Source: Alphaproteobacteria bacterium
GTDB lineage: Bacteria; Pseudomonadota; Alphaproteobacteria; SP197
Direction: 5' to 3'
Length of the DNA: 64,000 nt
NCBI GenBank assembly: GCA_965228895.1
Contig: OZ245842.1
Coordinates: 704,001-768,000, forward strand
Below are positions 32,751 through 42,384 of this stretch, in pieces (position 1 is the first letter of the stretch; every line of letters starts with the position of its first letter). The translations under genes were made by a program, and so were the position numbers. The notes beneath the pieces are model-generated. The model worked only from the letters and a program-made list of their open reading frames with translations. It was not told the DNA's origin and searched no databases.

Positions 32751-33707
32751 CTAGCGCCGCTGGTCAAACGATTCGGCGAGCAGGCACAAAACTTCATACA
32801 TCATGGTGGCGCCGACCAAGGCTGTATTGCCGCTGGGATCGAACGGCGGCGCGACCTCAACGATGTCGCCGCCGCGCAGATCGAGGCCGCGCAGGCCGCG
32901 CAGAAGTTTCTGAGCATCGATCGTCGTCATGCCGCCGACTTCCGGTGTGCCGGTGCCCGGCGCGTAAACGGGATCGAGGCCATCGACGTCGAACGAGATA
33001 TAGGTCGGGCCGTCGCCGACAACACGGCGCGCTTCGGCAATCACCTTGTCGATCCCAATCTCGGCGACTTCCTCCATGAACACGACGCGCATGCCGCTCT
33101 CTATGGAGAAATCCCAGCCTTCATTCGTGTTCTGCGCGCCGCGAATGCCAATCTGCACGGTGCGCTTGGGGTCGAGCAGGCCGTCCTCGACAGCACGGCG
33201 GAAGGGCGCGCCATGGGTGAACTTGCAGCCCAGGAACTCGTCCCATGTATCGGTGTGGGCGTCGATGTGCACCATGCCAAGCGGCTGGTCAGTCGCGATC
33301 GCGCCAAAGATCGGATAGGTGATCGAGTGGTCGCCGCCGGCAGACAGTGGCACGACACCTTGAGCGTGCAAACGGGTGTAGTAGTCCCGGATGTCGTCCA
33401 TCACCGCTTCGATCTCAAAGACGCGGTGAAACAGCACATCGCCCGCATCGACGACCTTGCAGAGTTCGTAGGGATTGACCCGCGTCACGTGATGGATGGC
33501 GCGCATCAGGCTCGACATGTTGCGGATTTCACGCGGGCCGTGCCGTGCGCCCGGCCGGTTGGTCGTGCCGCCGTCAAACGGCACGCCGATCATGGCGATG
33601 TCAACATCGTCAAATTCGGTTGCCAGGGGTGCCCGCATGAAAGTCGGGATTTCGGTATAGCGCGGCGCGGTCATCGGGTCGCGGCGTTGTTCGCTGTTCG
33701 ATGTCAC
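32751..33707 (-). CDS. Ureohydrolase, guanidinopropionase (GpuA)-like
   Basis: GGDHS, DAHTD, DVDGLDP, APGTGTPE; segments GGTTNRPGARHGPREIRNMSSLMR and ALVGATMMYEVLCLLA resemble P. aeruginosa GpuA from recall. Confidence 0.88.
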   Translation of the reverse strand: MTSNSEQRRDPMTAPRYTEIPTFMRAPLATEFDDVDIAMIGVPFDGGTTNRPGARHGPREIRNMSSLMRAIHHVTRVNPYELCKVVDAGDVLFHRVFEIEAVMDDIRDYYTRLHAQGVVPLSAGGDHSITYPIFGAIATDQPLGMVHIDAHTDTWDEFLGCKFTHGAPFRRAVEDGLLDPKRTVQIGIRGAQNTNEGWDFSIESGMRVVFMEEVAEIGIDKVIAEARRVVGDGPTYISFDVDGLDPVYAPGTGTPEVGGMTTIDAQKLLRGLRGLDLRGGDIVEVAPPFDPSGNTALVGATMMYEVLCLLAESFDQRR

Positions 33708-33796
33708 CGGCTTGAACCCCCCTCAATTTCCCGTCTAATGCGGCGGATCGTGGCATCGACAATGTGTTGATAAAATCTGATTTAACGCATAATTAA

Positions 33797-33812
33797 TTCG
33801 ATATCCGTCGAA
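33797..33812. promoter_or_regulatory. Putative LysR site in a divergent promoter
   Basis: TTCGA-TATCCG-TCGAA dyad in AT-rich gap. Confidence 0.4.
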
Positions 33813-33837
33813 CTGGGAAACGCTGGGGGTCCATGCC

Positions 33838-34779
33838 ATGCTGCATTCTCTCCACACACCCGATATTCGCCTGCTGCGCGTCTTCATGACCGTCGTCGAA
33901 TGCGGCGGGTTTTCGGCGGCGCAGATCGCGCTCAATGTCGGTCAGTCGACGATCAGCACGCAGATGAGCGATCTGGAAAGCCGGCTTGGGATGCGTCTGT
34001 GCCGGCGTGGGCGCAGCGGTTTCGCGCTGACCGAAGACGGCAAGTTCGTCTATGAGTCCGCGAAATCCCTGTTTCGCTCGATCGATCATTTTACCTCTGC
34101 GGTCAACGGCGCGCGTGGCGGGCTCAGCGGCGAGCTGCGTATCGCGTTTGCCGACGTGCTCTATCGCAACCCGGACTTTCGCCTGGCCCAGGCGATTGCC
34201 GTCTTTCTGGAGCGCGGCGCCGATGTTCGTTTCGATCTCAGCACGGCCAACCCTCTGGACATCGAACATGGCGTTCTCGGCGAACGTTACCACTTGGGCA
34301 TTCATACCTATCCCAGCCATGTCCCCGGCCTGCGTTACTATCCAGCGTTCAAGGAAGAGCAGACCCTCTATTGCGGGCGCAAACACCCGCTGTTCGAGCG
34401 GATCGGCAAGGGCCGGCTCAGCCTCGACGAGGTCCAGCAATTCGATTATGTGCAGCGGTCGTACTATGGCGGTGCCTTGTCGACCGGACCGTTCAAGCCG
34501 GCCAACATTGCGGCGTCGGCCGACAACATGGAAGCACTGCTGGTGCTCCTGATGTCCGGGCATTTTATCGGGCATCTGCCGACCGCCTGGGCCAGCGAGT
34601 ACGTCGCGCAAGGCGAACTGGCGCCGATTCTGCCCAAGAAGTCGCGCTACTACACGCAGTTCGAGATAGCGGTGCGTGTCGGTGGTCCCCAATCCATGCT
34701 GATCGAGACGTTTTTGTCGGACCTCAGGGAGCTGCTTCCAGGCGGCGGTTCTGACAAAAGCCTGGCGAAGGCGAGTTAG
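33838..34779 (+). CDS. LysR family regulator (GbuR/GpuR-like)
   Basis: DIRLLRVFMTVVECGGFSAAQ...LCRRGRSGF; divergent from the ureohydrolase. Confidence 0.9.
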   Translation: MLHSLHTPDIRLLRVFMTVVECGGFSAAQIALNVGQSTISTQMSDLESRLGMRLCRRGRSGFALTEDGKFVYESAKSLFRSIDHFTSAVNGARGGLSGELRIAFADVLYRNPDFRLAQAIAVFLERGADVRFDLSTANPLDIEHGVLGERYHLGIHTYPSHVPGLRYYPAFKEEQTLYCGRKHPLFERIGKGRLSLDEVQQFDYVQRSYYGGALSTGPFKPANIAASADNMEALLVLLMSGHFIGHLPTAWASEYVAQGELAPILPKKSRYYTQFEIAVRVGGPQSMLIETFLSDLRELLPGGGSDKSLAKAS

Positions 34780-34909
34780 GTCAGCGATGACCGATGTATC
34801 GATCGTCAGCCACCTATTCCAGCAGGGGCCGCTGCGCTGGCACGATAACGGTGGGTACGCTCCATCCCGCGTGCCCAACGCCGGCTGACGCCGAATAAAG
34901 GAATCCAGG

Positions 34910-36172
34910 ATGCTGCCCAACGTCGTTCGTGTTCGCCAACCCATCAAGACCGACCCGCTCAGCGATATCAAAGCGGCAGTCCATGGTGGTGTCGCCAAAC
35001 TCGACTTGGCGTCGCGGACACAACCCGGCGACACAGTCGCGGTCGGCTGCAGCAGCCGTGGCATCGCGAACTACGGACATATCGTCGCGCACACGGTCGC
35101 GGCGCTGAAGCAGGCGGGCCTCAAACCCTTCCTGTTTCCGGCCATGGGCAGCCATGGCGCGGCGACCGCCGAGGGCCAGCGCCAGGTCCTGATCGGACAG
35201 GGTATCGAGCCCGCCGAACTCGATGTCACCATCGAGTCATCGCTCGACGTCGATCAGATCGCCGCGCTGGACGACATGGGGATTCCCGTCCTGATCGACC
35301 GCCATGCCAACGGCGCCGACCACATCGTCCTGATCAACCGCGTGAAGTCGCACACGGAGTTCACCCACAGCTTCGAAAGCGGTCTGATGAAGATGATGGC
35401 GATCGGCATGGGCAAGGAGGAGGGCGCCACGCTCTATCACAAGGCGTTCATGGTTCACGGCTACGCGCCGGTCATTCGCGCCATCGCCGATACGATCCTC
35501 GACACCGGCAAGATCCTGTTTGGCGTCGGCATTGTCGAGGACGGGCGCGCGCAAACCGCCGGTGTCGAGATCTTATCCAGCGAAGACCTGATCGCCGGGG
35601 AGGAGGCGCTGCTGCGCCAGTCCAAAGCGTTCGAGCCACGCCTACCGCTCGACGACATCGACGTGTTGCTGATCGACGAGATGGGCAAGGACATCTCCGG
35701 TTCCGGTTTCGACACCAAGGTTGTCGGCCGGATCAACATGCCGCTTGTGACCGCCGACCCCGAAACGCCGCGTATCAAACGCATCGTCGTGTGCGACCTG
35801 ACCGCCGCGTCAGCGGGCAATGCGGACGGCGTCGGCAGTGCCGACTTCATCACCAGACGCCTCTACGACAAAATCGATATCAAGGCACTCTACGTGAATG
35901 CTATCGCCGGTTCGGAACCGGAGCACGCGCGTATTCCCATGGTCATGGAAACGGCGCGCGAGGCGACCGAAGCCGCGGCCGGATCGGTTGGTCTGATCGC
36001 AACGGACGATCTCAAGCTGGTTCGCATTCAAAACACCCTTCGCCTCGAGGCGATCGACGTGTCAACGGCATGCCTGCCGGCTCTGGCTGGCCGCCCGGAC
36101 ATCACGGCGACCGGCGAACCGGCCGAACTGGCTTTCGATGGCGATGGTGAACTCCACCCATTTGATGGCTAG
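34910..36172 (+). CDS. LarA-superfamily nickel-pincer-dependent isomerase (DUF2088/DUF362-type)
   Basis: SRGIAN, PAMGSHG, NRVKSH, ESGLMKM..IGMGK, GKDISGSG; directly upstream of larC-larE-larB. Confidence 0.78.
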   Translation: MLPNVVRVRQPIKTDPLSDIKAAVHGGVAKLDLASRTQPGDTVAVGCSSRGIANYGHIVAHTVAALKQAGLKPFLFPAMGSHGAATAEGQRQVLIGQGIEPAELDVTIESSLDVDQIAALDDMGIPVLIDRHANGADHIVLINRVKSHTEFTHSFESGLMKMMAIGMGKEEGATLYHKAFMVHGYAPVIRAIADTILDTGKILFGVGIVEDGRAQTAGVEILSSEDLIAGEEALLRQSKAFEPRLPLDDIDVLLIDEMGKDISGSGFDTKVVGRINMPLVTADPETPRIKRIVVCDLTAASAGNADGVGSADFITRRLYDKIDIKALYVNAIAGSEPEHARIPMVMETAREATEAAAGSVGLIATDDLKLVRIQNTLRLEAIDVSTACLPALAGRPDITATGEPAELAFDGDGELHPFDG

Positions 36173-36214
36173 ACTCGAACGGTCCTTCGTTGACCTGGGA
36201 GCCACCACAACGGC

Positions 36215-37429
36215 ATGACAGCACCGCGCCATATCCACCTCGACATGCTTGGCGGCATTGCCGGCGATATGTTCGCCGCGGCGATGCTTGATGCGGTCCC
36301 GTCATCGCGTTCCGGCCTGTCCGAGGCGCTTTCGGCCGACGGCTTGGCGTCACTCGCCAAGGTGACATGGTCGGACGCCAGCAATGGCGGCATGGCCGGT
36401 GTCCATTTTTCCGTTAAGCCGCTTCACGCAGGCGGCCGCGATCACGATCACCGGTCCTATCGCGATGTCCTGAACATCCTGGCCGGCCTGCCGTTGGGCG
36501 ATACCGTCCGTGACCGCGCTCAGGCCATCTTCACCCTGCTCGCCGACGCCGAGGCGGCGGTTCACGGTGTCGACCGCGCGGATGTGGTGTTTCACGAGGT
36601 CGGCGCCGTCGACTCGATCATCGATATCGTCGCCGGCGCCTGGCTGATCGAGGCGGTCGCGCCCTGCACCTGGTCGTCGTCGCCGGTTCCGCTGGGATCG
36701 GGGCGTGTCCGGACCGACCACGGACCGCTCCCGGTGCCCGCGCCAGCCACGGCTCTGCTGCTGAAGGATATGCCGACCTTTGTCGACGGGATCGCCGGCG
36801 AACGGGTGACGCCGACCGGCGCGGCGCTGTTGAGGAACCTCAATCCGTCATTCGACGGTCCAGCGGCGGTGATGGCCTTGAACGCCACGGGTCACGGCCT
36901 TGGCACACGCCAGTTGGACGGCGTTGCCAATCTGCTGCGCGTGCTCGTGTTTGAAAGCAGCGTTTCGCAAGGGCAAGACGAGATTCTGTGCTGCACCTTC
37001 GAGATCGACGATCAGACACCGGAGGATCTGGCAGTCGGTCTCGATCGGCTGCGTGCTGTCGACGGTGTCGTCGACGTCTTGCAGATGTCTGCCATCGGCA
37101 AGCACGGGCGCCAGTGTACGCATATTCAGATCCTCGCCACGCCGGGACGCCTCGAACCGGTGGCCGAGGCCATCTTCCAGGAGACGACGACGCTGGGGCT
37201 CAGGTGGCAGCGCATGGCGCGACGTGTTCTCGCGCGTAACACCGTCGGAACCGACGGCGCCGGAACGTCCGTCGCCGTCAAGCTGGCAAAACGGCCGGAC
37301 GGCGTAACAACCGCGAAAGCGGAGATGGGCGATCTTGTCGATACACCTGGTGGTCACGAAGGCCGGCGTGTTGCACGTGCCAAGGCGGAAGGGTTGGCGC
37401 GCAATGGGGAAGGCGGGCGCAATGGCTGA
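36215..37429 (+). CDS. larC: Nickel insertion protein LarC (full length, single ORF)
   Basis: GIAGDMF, HDHR, FHEVGAVDSIIDI, HGPLPVPAPAT, TPTGAA, EIDDQTPE, ETTTLGLR. Confidence 0.92.
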   Translation: MTAPRHIHLDMLGGIAGDMFAAAMLDAVPSSRSGLSEALSADGLASLAKVTWSDASNGGMAGVHFSVKPLHAGGRDHDHRSYRDVLNILAGLPLGDTVRDRAQAIFTLLADAEAAVHGVDRADVVFHEVGAVDSIIDIVAGAWLIEAVAPCTWSSSPVPLGSGRVRTDHGPLPVPAPATALLLKDMPTFVDGIAGERVTPTGAALLRNLNPSFDGPAAVMALNATGHGLGTRQLDGVANLLRVLVFESSVSQGQDEILCCTFEIDDQTPEDLAVGLDRLRAVDGVVDVLQMSAIGKHGRQCTHIQILATPGRLEPVAEAIFQETTTLGLRWQRMARRVLARNTVGTDGAGTSVAVKLAKRPDGVTTAKAEMGDLVDTPGGHEGRRVARAKAEGLARNGEGGRNG

Positions 37430-38270
37430 CGTCAAGGCCGGCCTCTTGGCGCTTCTCGCTCAACCCAAGGGCACGGCCCTTCTGGACGTCTTGTCGGGGG
37501 TTGGCGACAAGGCGCTCGCGGTCAGTGGCGGTGTCGACAGCATGACACTCGCCGTTATCGCCCACCGTGCCGATCCCGAGAGCTCGACCATTTGCCATGC
37601 TGTGTCGCCGGCGGTGCCGCCGGAAGCGACGGAACGGGTCAGGCAATACGCCGAGAAGGAGGGTTGGCGCCTCGACCTGATTGACGCCGGTGAGTTTGAC
37701 GATCCGCGTTATCTCGCCAACCCGCTCGACCGCTGTTTCTTCTGCAAGACCGATCTTTACGGCGCCATCGCCGCAGGACGCGCGGGGACGACCTTGATGT
37801 CGGGCACCAATCTCGACGATCTCGGCGATTTCCGGCCGGGCCTGAAGGCTGCGGCGAACCACGATGTCATACATCCGTTCGTTGAAGCGAATTTCACCAA
37901 GGCCGACATTCGCGCGGCGGCCGATGCGCTTGGTCTGAGCGACATTAAGGTACTGCCCGCCATGCCGTGCCTGGCAAGCAGGATCGAGACGGGCCTTGCC
38001 GTTTCCCCGGACCTCGTGCGTAGCGTGCACGCCGCCGAGACGCTGGTTGCCAAGCACGTCGACGTTGCGACCGTGCGCTGCCGGGTCGCGCACAACGGCA
38101 TCCGCATCGAACTTGATGAGGATGCGCTCGCGGGCTTGAGTGGCCCAAGTCGAGACATGCTTGCGGACAAGATCGCTCAACTTTTCAGCCGGACCGATAC
38201 GGTACCTGGCGTTCTGTTTGCCGCCTACAAACAGGGTAGCGCGTTCATCGGCAAACCCGGCGATGACTGA
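37422..38270 (+). CDS. larE: NPN sulfur insertase LarE (CxxC-C type)
   Basis: SGGVDS PP-loop, RCFFCK, GTNLDDLGDFRPG, PCLASR; overlaps larC stop. Confidence 0.88.
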   Translation: MADVKAGLLALLAQPKGTALLDVLSGVGDKALAVSGGVDSMTLAVIAHRADPESSTICHAVSPAVPPEATERVRQYAEKEGWRLDLIDAGEFDDPRYLANPLDRCFFCKTDLYGAIAAGRAGTTLMSGTNLDDLGDFRPGLKAAANHDVIHPFVEANFTKADIRAAADALGLSDIKVLPAMPCLASRIETGLAVSPDLVRSVHAAETLVAKHVDVATVRCRVAHNGIRIELDEDALAGLSGPSRDMLADKIAQLFSRTDTVPGVLFAAYKQGSAFIGKPGDD

Positions 38271-38934
38271 GACGCCGGCGTTCCGGTTTGACCGTGCGCG
38301 CGAATCGCGGATCGGTTTTGGCGAAGCGGTGTTCTGCGAGAGCAAAACCGCCGAGCAGATTGCGGCGATCCTGCATGAAGTCGGCGAGGATACGCCGATC
38401 CTGCTGACCAGGTTGAGTGTCGAGAAGGCCGACGCGCTGCCGCAGGCCCTGCGCAACCGCCTCGATTTCGATGATTTGTCACGGACCGCCTATCTACGGC
38501 CCCGGCATCCGCTGCGCGATACCGCGCGTGTGGCCGTCTTGAGCGGGGGAACCTCCGATTTGCCGGTCGCGCACGAGGCGGTCAGAACGCTGGGGTTTCA
38601 CGGCGAACCCAGCCAGATCCATCACGATGTCGGCGTCGCCGGCTTGTGGCGGTTGGAGGCGTGCCTGGATGACATCCGCGCCATGCCGTTGGTCATCGTG
38701 ACAGCGGGCATGGAGGGTGCCCTGGTCAGCGTCGTCGCGGGCCTGGTGCCCGGCGTCGTGATCGCCCTGCCGACGTCGGTCGGCTATGGCGCGGCGGAAG
38801 GTGGGCGTACCGCCATGTTTGCCGCGCTCACGTCTTGCGCGCCGGGCATCACGGTCGTCAACATCGACAATGGCTACGGCGCAGCGTGCGCCGCGCTGCG
38901 GCATCTCAACATGCTGGATCGCAGAAGCGGCTGA
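38263..38934 (+). CDS. larB: NaAD carboxylase/hydrolase LarB (PurE-like fold)
   Basis: EAVFCESKT, GTSDLPVA, DVGVAG, AGMEGAL, PTSVGYG, SCAPG, NIDNGYGAA. Confidence 0.93.
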   Translation: MTETPAFRFDRARESRIGFGEAVFCESKTAEQIAAILHEVGEDTPILLTRLSVEKADALPQALRNRLDFDDLSRTAYLRPRHPLRDTARVAVLSGGTSDLPVAHEAVRTLGFHGEPSQIHHDVGVAGLWRLEACLDDIRAMPLVIVTAGMEGALVSVVAGLVPGVVIALPTSVGYGAAEGGRTAMFAALTSCAPGITVVNIDNGYGAACAALRHLNMLDRRSG

Positions 38935-38940
38935 CGGCGC

Positions 38941-39906
38941 TCAGGCGCTCTTGCCCTTTTCGTGGAAGATGAAGCCGAGCACGTTCATTAGGAACTGAGC
39001 AGCCAGGAACGCGGTCGATCCCGTGTGATCGTAGTCCGGTGCGACCTCGACAAAGTCGATGCCCACAATGTCGCCCTTCTTGGAGAGACCCTGAAACAGC
39101 TCCAGCACCTCGTAGTAAAGGAAACCGCCATGACTTGGCGTCCCGGTGCCCGGCGCGATCGACGGGTCGAACCCGTCGACATCGATGGTGGCGTAGTAGC
39201 GCACGCCGTCAGGAATACGCTCGAGCACGCCCTGGGTGCCCAACCGCCGGACATCGCGCACCGAGAGAATATCGGAGCCTGCCTTGCGGGCGGCCGCATA
39301 GTCGTCGCGGTTCGATGACGAGACGTTGCGGATGCCGAGCTGACTGAAACCGGTGACGTGTTTCATTTCGGATGCCCGGCGCAGGGGGTTGCCGTGGCCG
39401 TAGCGCACGCCGTGCCGCTCGTCGACGAAGTCCAGATGCGCGTCGATATGGATGATGTGCACGGGTTCCTGGTCGGCGAAGGCGCGAATGCAGGGAATAT
39501 GCACCGAATGATCGCCGCCCAGGACGACCGGCAGCGCGCCGGCATCAAGGATGGCGCGCACGCCCTTCTCGATATTGTCATGACTCTGGGTCGTGTCGGT
39601 ATGGATCATGTCGGCATCGCCGATATCAACCATGCGTACCTGATCGACCGGCATGTAGCTGATGTCATCCTCGAAGTCGTAGGCGCCGCCGTGGCCGAAC
39701 GAGAACAGCGTGGACGCCTCGCGGATGGCGCGGGGCCCGAAACGGGCGCCGGCGCGGTACTGGGTGCCCATGTCGAATGGCGCGCCCAGCACGGCGACGT
39801 CGGCCTTGATGGCCGACCAATCCAGACACGGCGGCTGCTTGCCGAAGGTGCAGTGGCCGACGAATGGCAGGTCGAGACGTCCTTCTTCGTAAGCGTTCGA
39901 GGTCAC
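38941..39906 (-). CDS. Ureohydrolase / agmatinase family protein (second, distinct subfamily)
   Basis: GARFGP, GGDHS, DAHLD, DVDGFDP, APGTGTPS; GTG 39906 with AAGGGGG RBS (alternative start 39924). Confidence 0.88.
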   Translation of the reverse strand: MTSNAYEEGRLDLPFVGHCTFGKQPPCLDWSAIKADVAVLGAPFDMGTQYRAGARFGPRAIREASTLFSFGHGGAYDFEDDISYMPVDQVRMVDIGDADMIHTDTTQSHDNIEKGVRAILDAGALPVVLGGDHSVHIPCIRAFADQEPVHIIHIDAHLDFVDERHGVRYGHGNPLRRASEMKHVTGFSQLGIRNVSSSNRDDYAAARKAGSDILSVRDVRRLGTQGVLERIPDGVRYYATIDVDGFDPSIAPGTGTPSHGGFLYYEVLELFQGLSKKGDIVGIDFVEVAPDYDHTGSTAFLAAQFLMNVLGFIFHEKGKSA

Positions 39907-40018
39907 GAACACCCCCTTTGTCAATTCACTATGCCAAGGCTACGCGGGCAGGTAAGGCCACACGTTTAGGGCCGAAGCACCACCCAGATCAAGCGATCTG
40001 GCGAAGTTCAGCCGGTGT

Positions 40019-42367
40019 TCAAACGCCTCCCAAGGCCCGGACCACACGCTCCGGCGTCATCGGCAGATCGACCCAGACGCCGGTCGCGTTGTAGACCGCC
40101 TGAGCCACCGCCGCGATCGAGGCGGCGATCGGCGATTCGCCCGCGCCGCGCGCGCCAAACGGGCCGACGGGGTCGTAGGACTCGCTGAACATGACCTTGG
40201 CCTGATGCGGGAAGTCGGCCGCGCGCAGCAGTTTGTAGTCCAAGAGGTTGGCGTTCTTGATCGCGCCGGTCTCCTCGTCGAACACCAGGTGCTCGTAGAT
40301 CGCGAAACCGGCACCGCAAATGGCGCCGCCGACAACCTGGTTCTTCAAGACCTGGGGGTTGACCACGGTGCCGCTGTCCTGGGCCGCCAGGAAGTCGAGC
40401 AGCTTGATCTGGCCGGTCTCGATATCGACCTCGACCTCGACGAACTGTGCGGCGAACTGACGGGCGAAGGTGGTCGCCGGTGGCATCGGCACGGACGGGC
40501 GGCCTGTGATCGATGACGTCTGACCGAGCGTATCGGAGCGGATCTCGTGCAACACCTGGGTGATCGGGAAACGCCGGTTGGAGTCCGGCTGGCCCTTGGG
40601 ATGGACGACGCCTTCGGTGATATCGAGATCGCCGGGATCGACGCCATCGAACAACTCGCGCGCGGCGATCTCCAGAAGCTGGCGTCGCGCGTCCATGGTC
40701 GCCGCGCGCGTCGCCCAGCCGACCCGGTACATGGTGTTACTGGCAAGCGAGCCGTGGCTCCAGGGACAGGAATCCGTGTCGCCGGTCTCGATTTCGACCA
40801 TGTCCAAGGACACGCCCATGGCTTCGGCGGCGACCTGGGATTGCGTGGTCTCGCTGCCCTGGCCCTGACGGCCGACGCTGCAATGGACCTTCAGGCTGCC
40901 ATCCGGATTGATGCGCACGACGGCCGACGTGCTGCCCTCGAATTCGACGCCGCAGACATGGGCGCCGGTGCCGACACCGACAGCACGATGCAAGGGGCCG
41001 TCGACGGTGTGGGGTTTGCCCCAGCCTTTCCACCGCTCCTTCCAGCCGAACGCCTCGGCGCCCATGGTCAGGATATCCTCGGTCGAGCCGCTGGAGAGAT
41101 GGAACAGTTCCGGCCAGTCTTCCTTCAGATCGTCGCGAATCCCGTCGATGTACTCTTTGATGTTGCCCTTCATGTTGTGTTTGCTGTGCTGCATGCGCAG
41201 CTCTTCGCCGGGCTTGATCTGGTTCTTGATGCGGAAGTCGACGGGATCCATGCCGACTTTCTCGGCCAGCTGATCGGCAACCCGTTCGACGCTGGCGCCC
41301 AACGTGCAATCGCCGACGCCGCGCATGCAGCCGGCGGTCAGCAGGTTCGTGTTGATGCCGTGGACGGCATAGTGGCCGTGCTGGGCGCGGCCCCACATGT
41401 CGACACAGAAGAAGCCGACATCGTCCTTGAATCCATATCCGCCGTTGTCGATGAGGTGGTCGAACTGGGCGAGCGTGATGGTGCCGTCCTTTGTGCAGCC
41501 CATGCGGCCGCGCGTGCGTTCGAGGTGGCGGCGCTTGACGGTCGCCATGCACTCTTCGTTGGTCAGTTCGATCTTCACCGGGCGGCGGGCCTTTTTGGCC
41601 AGCAACACGGTAAGGATCATGAAGTTGTTGCTCCACCACTGACCGAAGGAACTGCCGCAGGGTAGCGCCATGACGCGGATCTTGCTGAGCGGGATGCCGA
41701 GCGCTTCGTGAACGCCGTCACGCAGTTCAGACGGCGTCTGCGATGACGTCCACAGCGTCACCTTGTCGCCCATCCATTCGGCGATGGCGGCATTGCGGCC
41801 AAGTGGCGCGTATTGCTGGCTTTCGTAGAAGATGTCGCAGTCGACCGTGATGTCGGCGTTCTTCTCACCCTCCGCCACGTCACCCCACTCGACGATATAG
41901 GGTTCGCGTTCGTTGCCTTCGTCACGGATTTGGGGCGCGTCCGCGTTGCGCGCTTTTTCCATGTCCAGGACGTGGGGCAGGACTTCGTACTCGACCTCGA
42001 TCAGGCTCAGCGCGTGTTCGGCGATGTCTTCGGTCTTGGCGGCGACGGCGGCCATGTCGTCGCCGACAAAGCGGCCGATACCATCGAGCACCTTGCCGCG
42101 GTAGTTAAACCAAGCGGCTTCCCAGTCCAGACCGGGCGTGTCGAGGTGGGTCAGCACGCCATAAACACCGGGCAGGGCCTCGGCCTTGCTGGTATCGATG
42201 CGCGTGATCCGGGCGTGCGGGTGCGGGCAGCGCAGGATCTTGCCATAGGCCATGTTCTGGACTTTCAGATCGACCGCGTACTTCAGCGCACCCGTTACCT
42301 TTTCGCTGGCGTCCTTGACGTGGACGCCCTTGCCGACGACGGAAAAGCTCTTGTCTTCGTAACCCAT
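40019..42367 (-). CDS. Xanthine dehydrogenase family molybdopterin-binding subunit
   Basis: KVTG..Y, PHA.I, MRGVG, GQGSET, GDTD, QVVGG, GARGAGE. Confidence 0.92.
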   Translation of the reverse strand: MGYEDKSFSVVGKGVHVKDASEKVTGALKYAVDLKVQNMAYGKILRCPHPHARITRIDTSKAEALPGVYGVLTHLDTPGLDWEAAWFNYRGKVLDGIGRFVGDDMAAVAAKTEDIAEHALSLIEVEYEVLPHVLDMEKARNADAPQIRDEGNEREPYIVEWGDVAEGEKNADITVDCDIFYESQQYAPLGRNAAIAEWMGDKVTLWTSSQTPSELRDGVHEALGIPLSKIRVMALPCGSSFGQWWSNNFMILTVLLAKKARRPVKIELTNEECMATVKRRHLERTRGRMGCTKDGTITLAQFDHLIDNGGYGFKDDVGFFCVDMWGRAQHGHYAVHGINTNLLTAGCMRGVGDCTLGASVERVADQLAEKVGMDPVDFRIKNQIKPGEELRMQHSKHNMKGNIKEYIDGIRDDLKEDWPELFHLSSGSTEDILTMGAEAFGWKERWKGWGKPHTVDGPLHRAVGVGTGAHVCGVEFEGSTSAVVRINPDGSLKVHCSVGRQGQGSETTQSQVAAEAMGVSLDMVEIETGDTDSCPWSHGSLASNTMYRVGWATRAATMDARRQLLEIAARELFDGVDPGDLDITEGVVHPKGQPDSNRRFPITQVLHEIRSDTLGQTSSITGRPSVPMPPATTFARQFAAQFVEVEVDIETGQIKLLDFLAAQDSGTVVNPQVLKNQVVGGAICGAGFAIYEHLVFDEETGAIKNANLLDYKLLRAADFPHQAKVMFSESYDPVGPFGARGAGESPIAASIAAVAQAVYNATGVWVDLPMTPERVVRALGGV

Positions 42368-42384
42368 GTCAGGTCCTCCTTCGC

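Noticed and set aside
36215-37429. Programmed frameshift in larC as in L. plantarum
   Set aside because: Both LarC domains are in a single open frame.
38263-38934. purE
   Set aside because: The PurE-like fold is explained by LarB-specific motifs and lar context.
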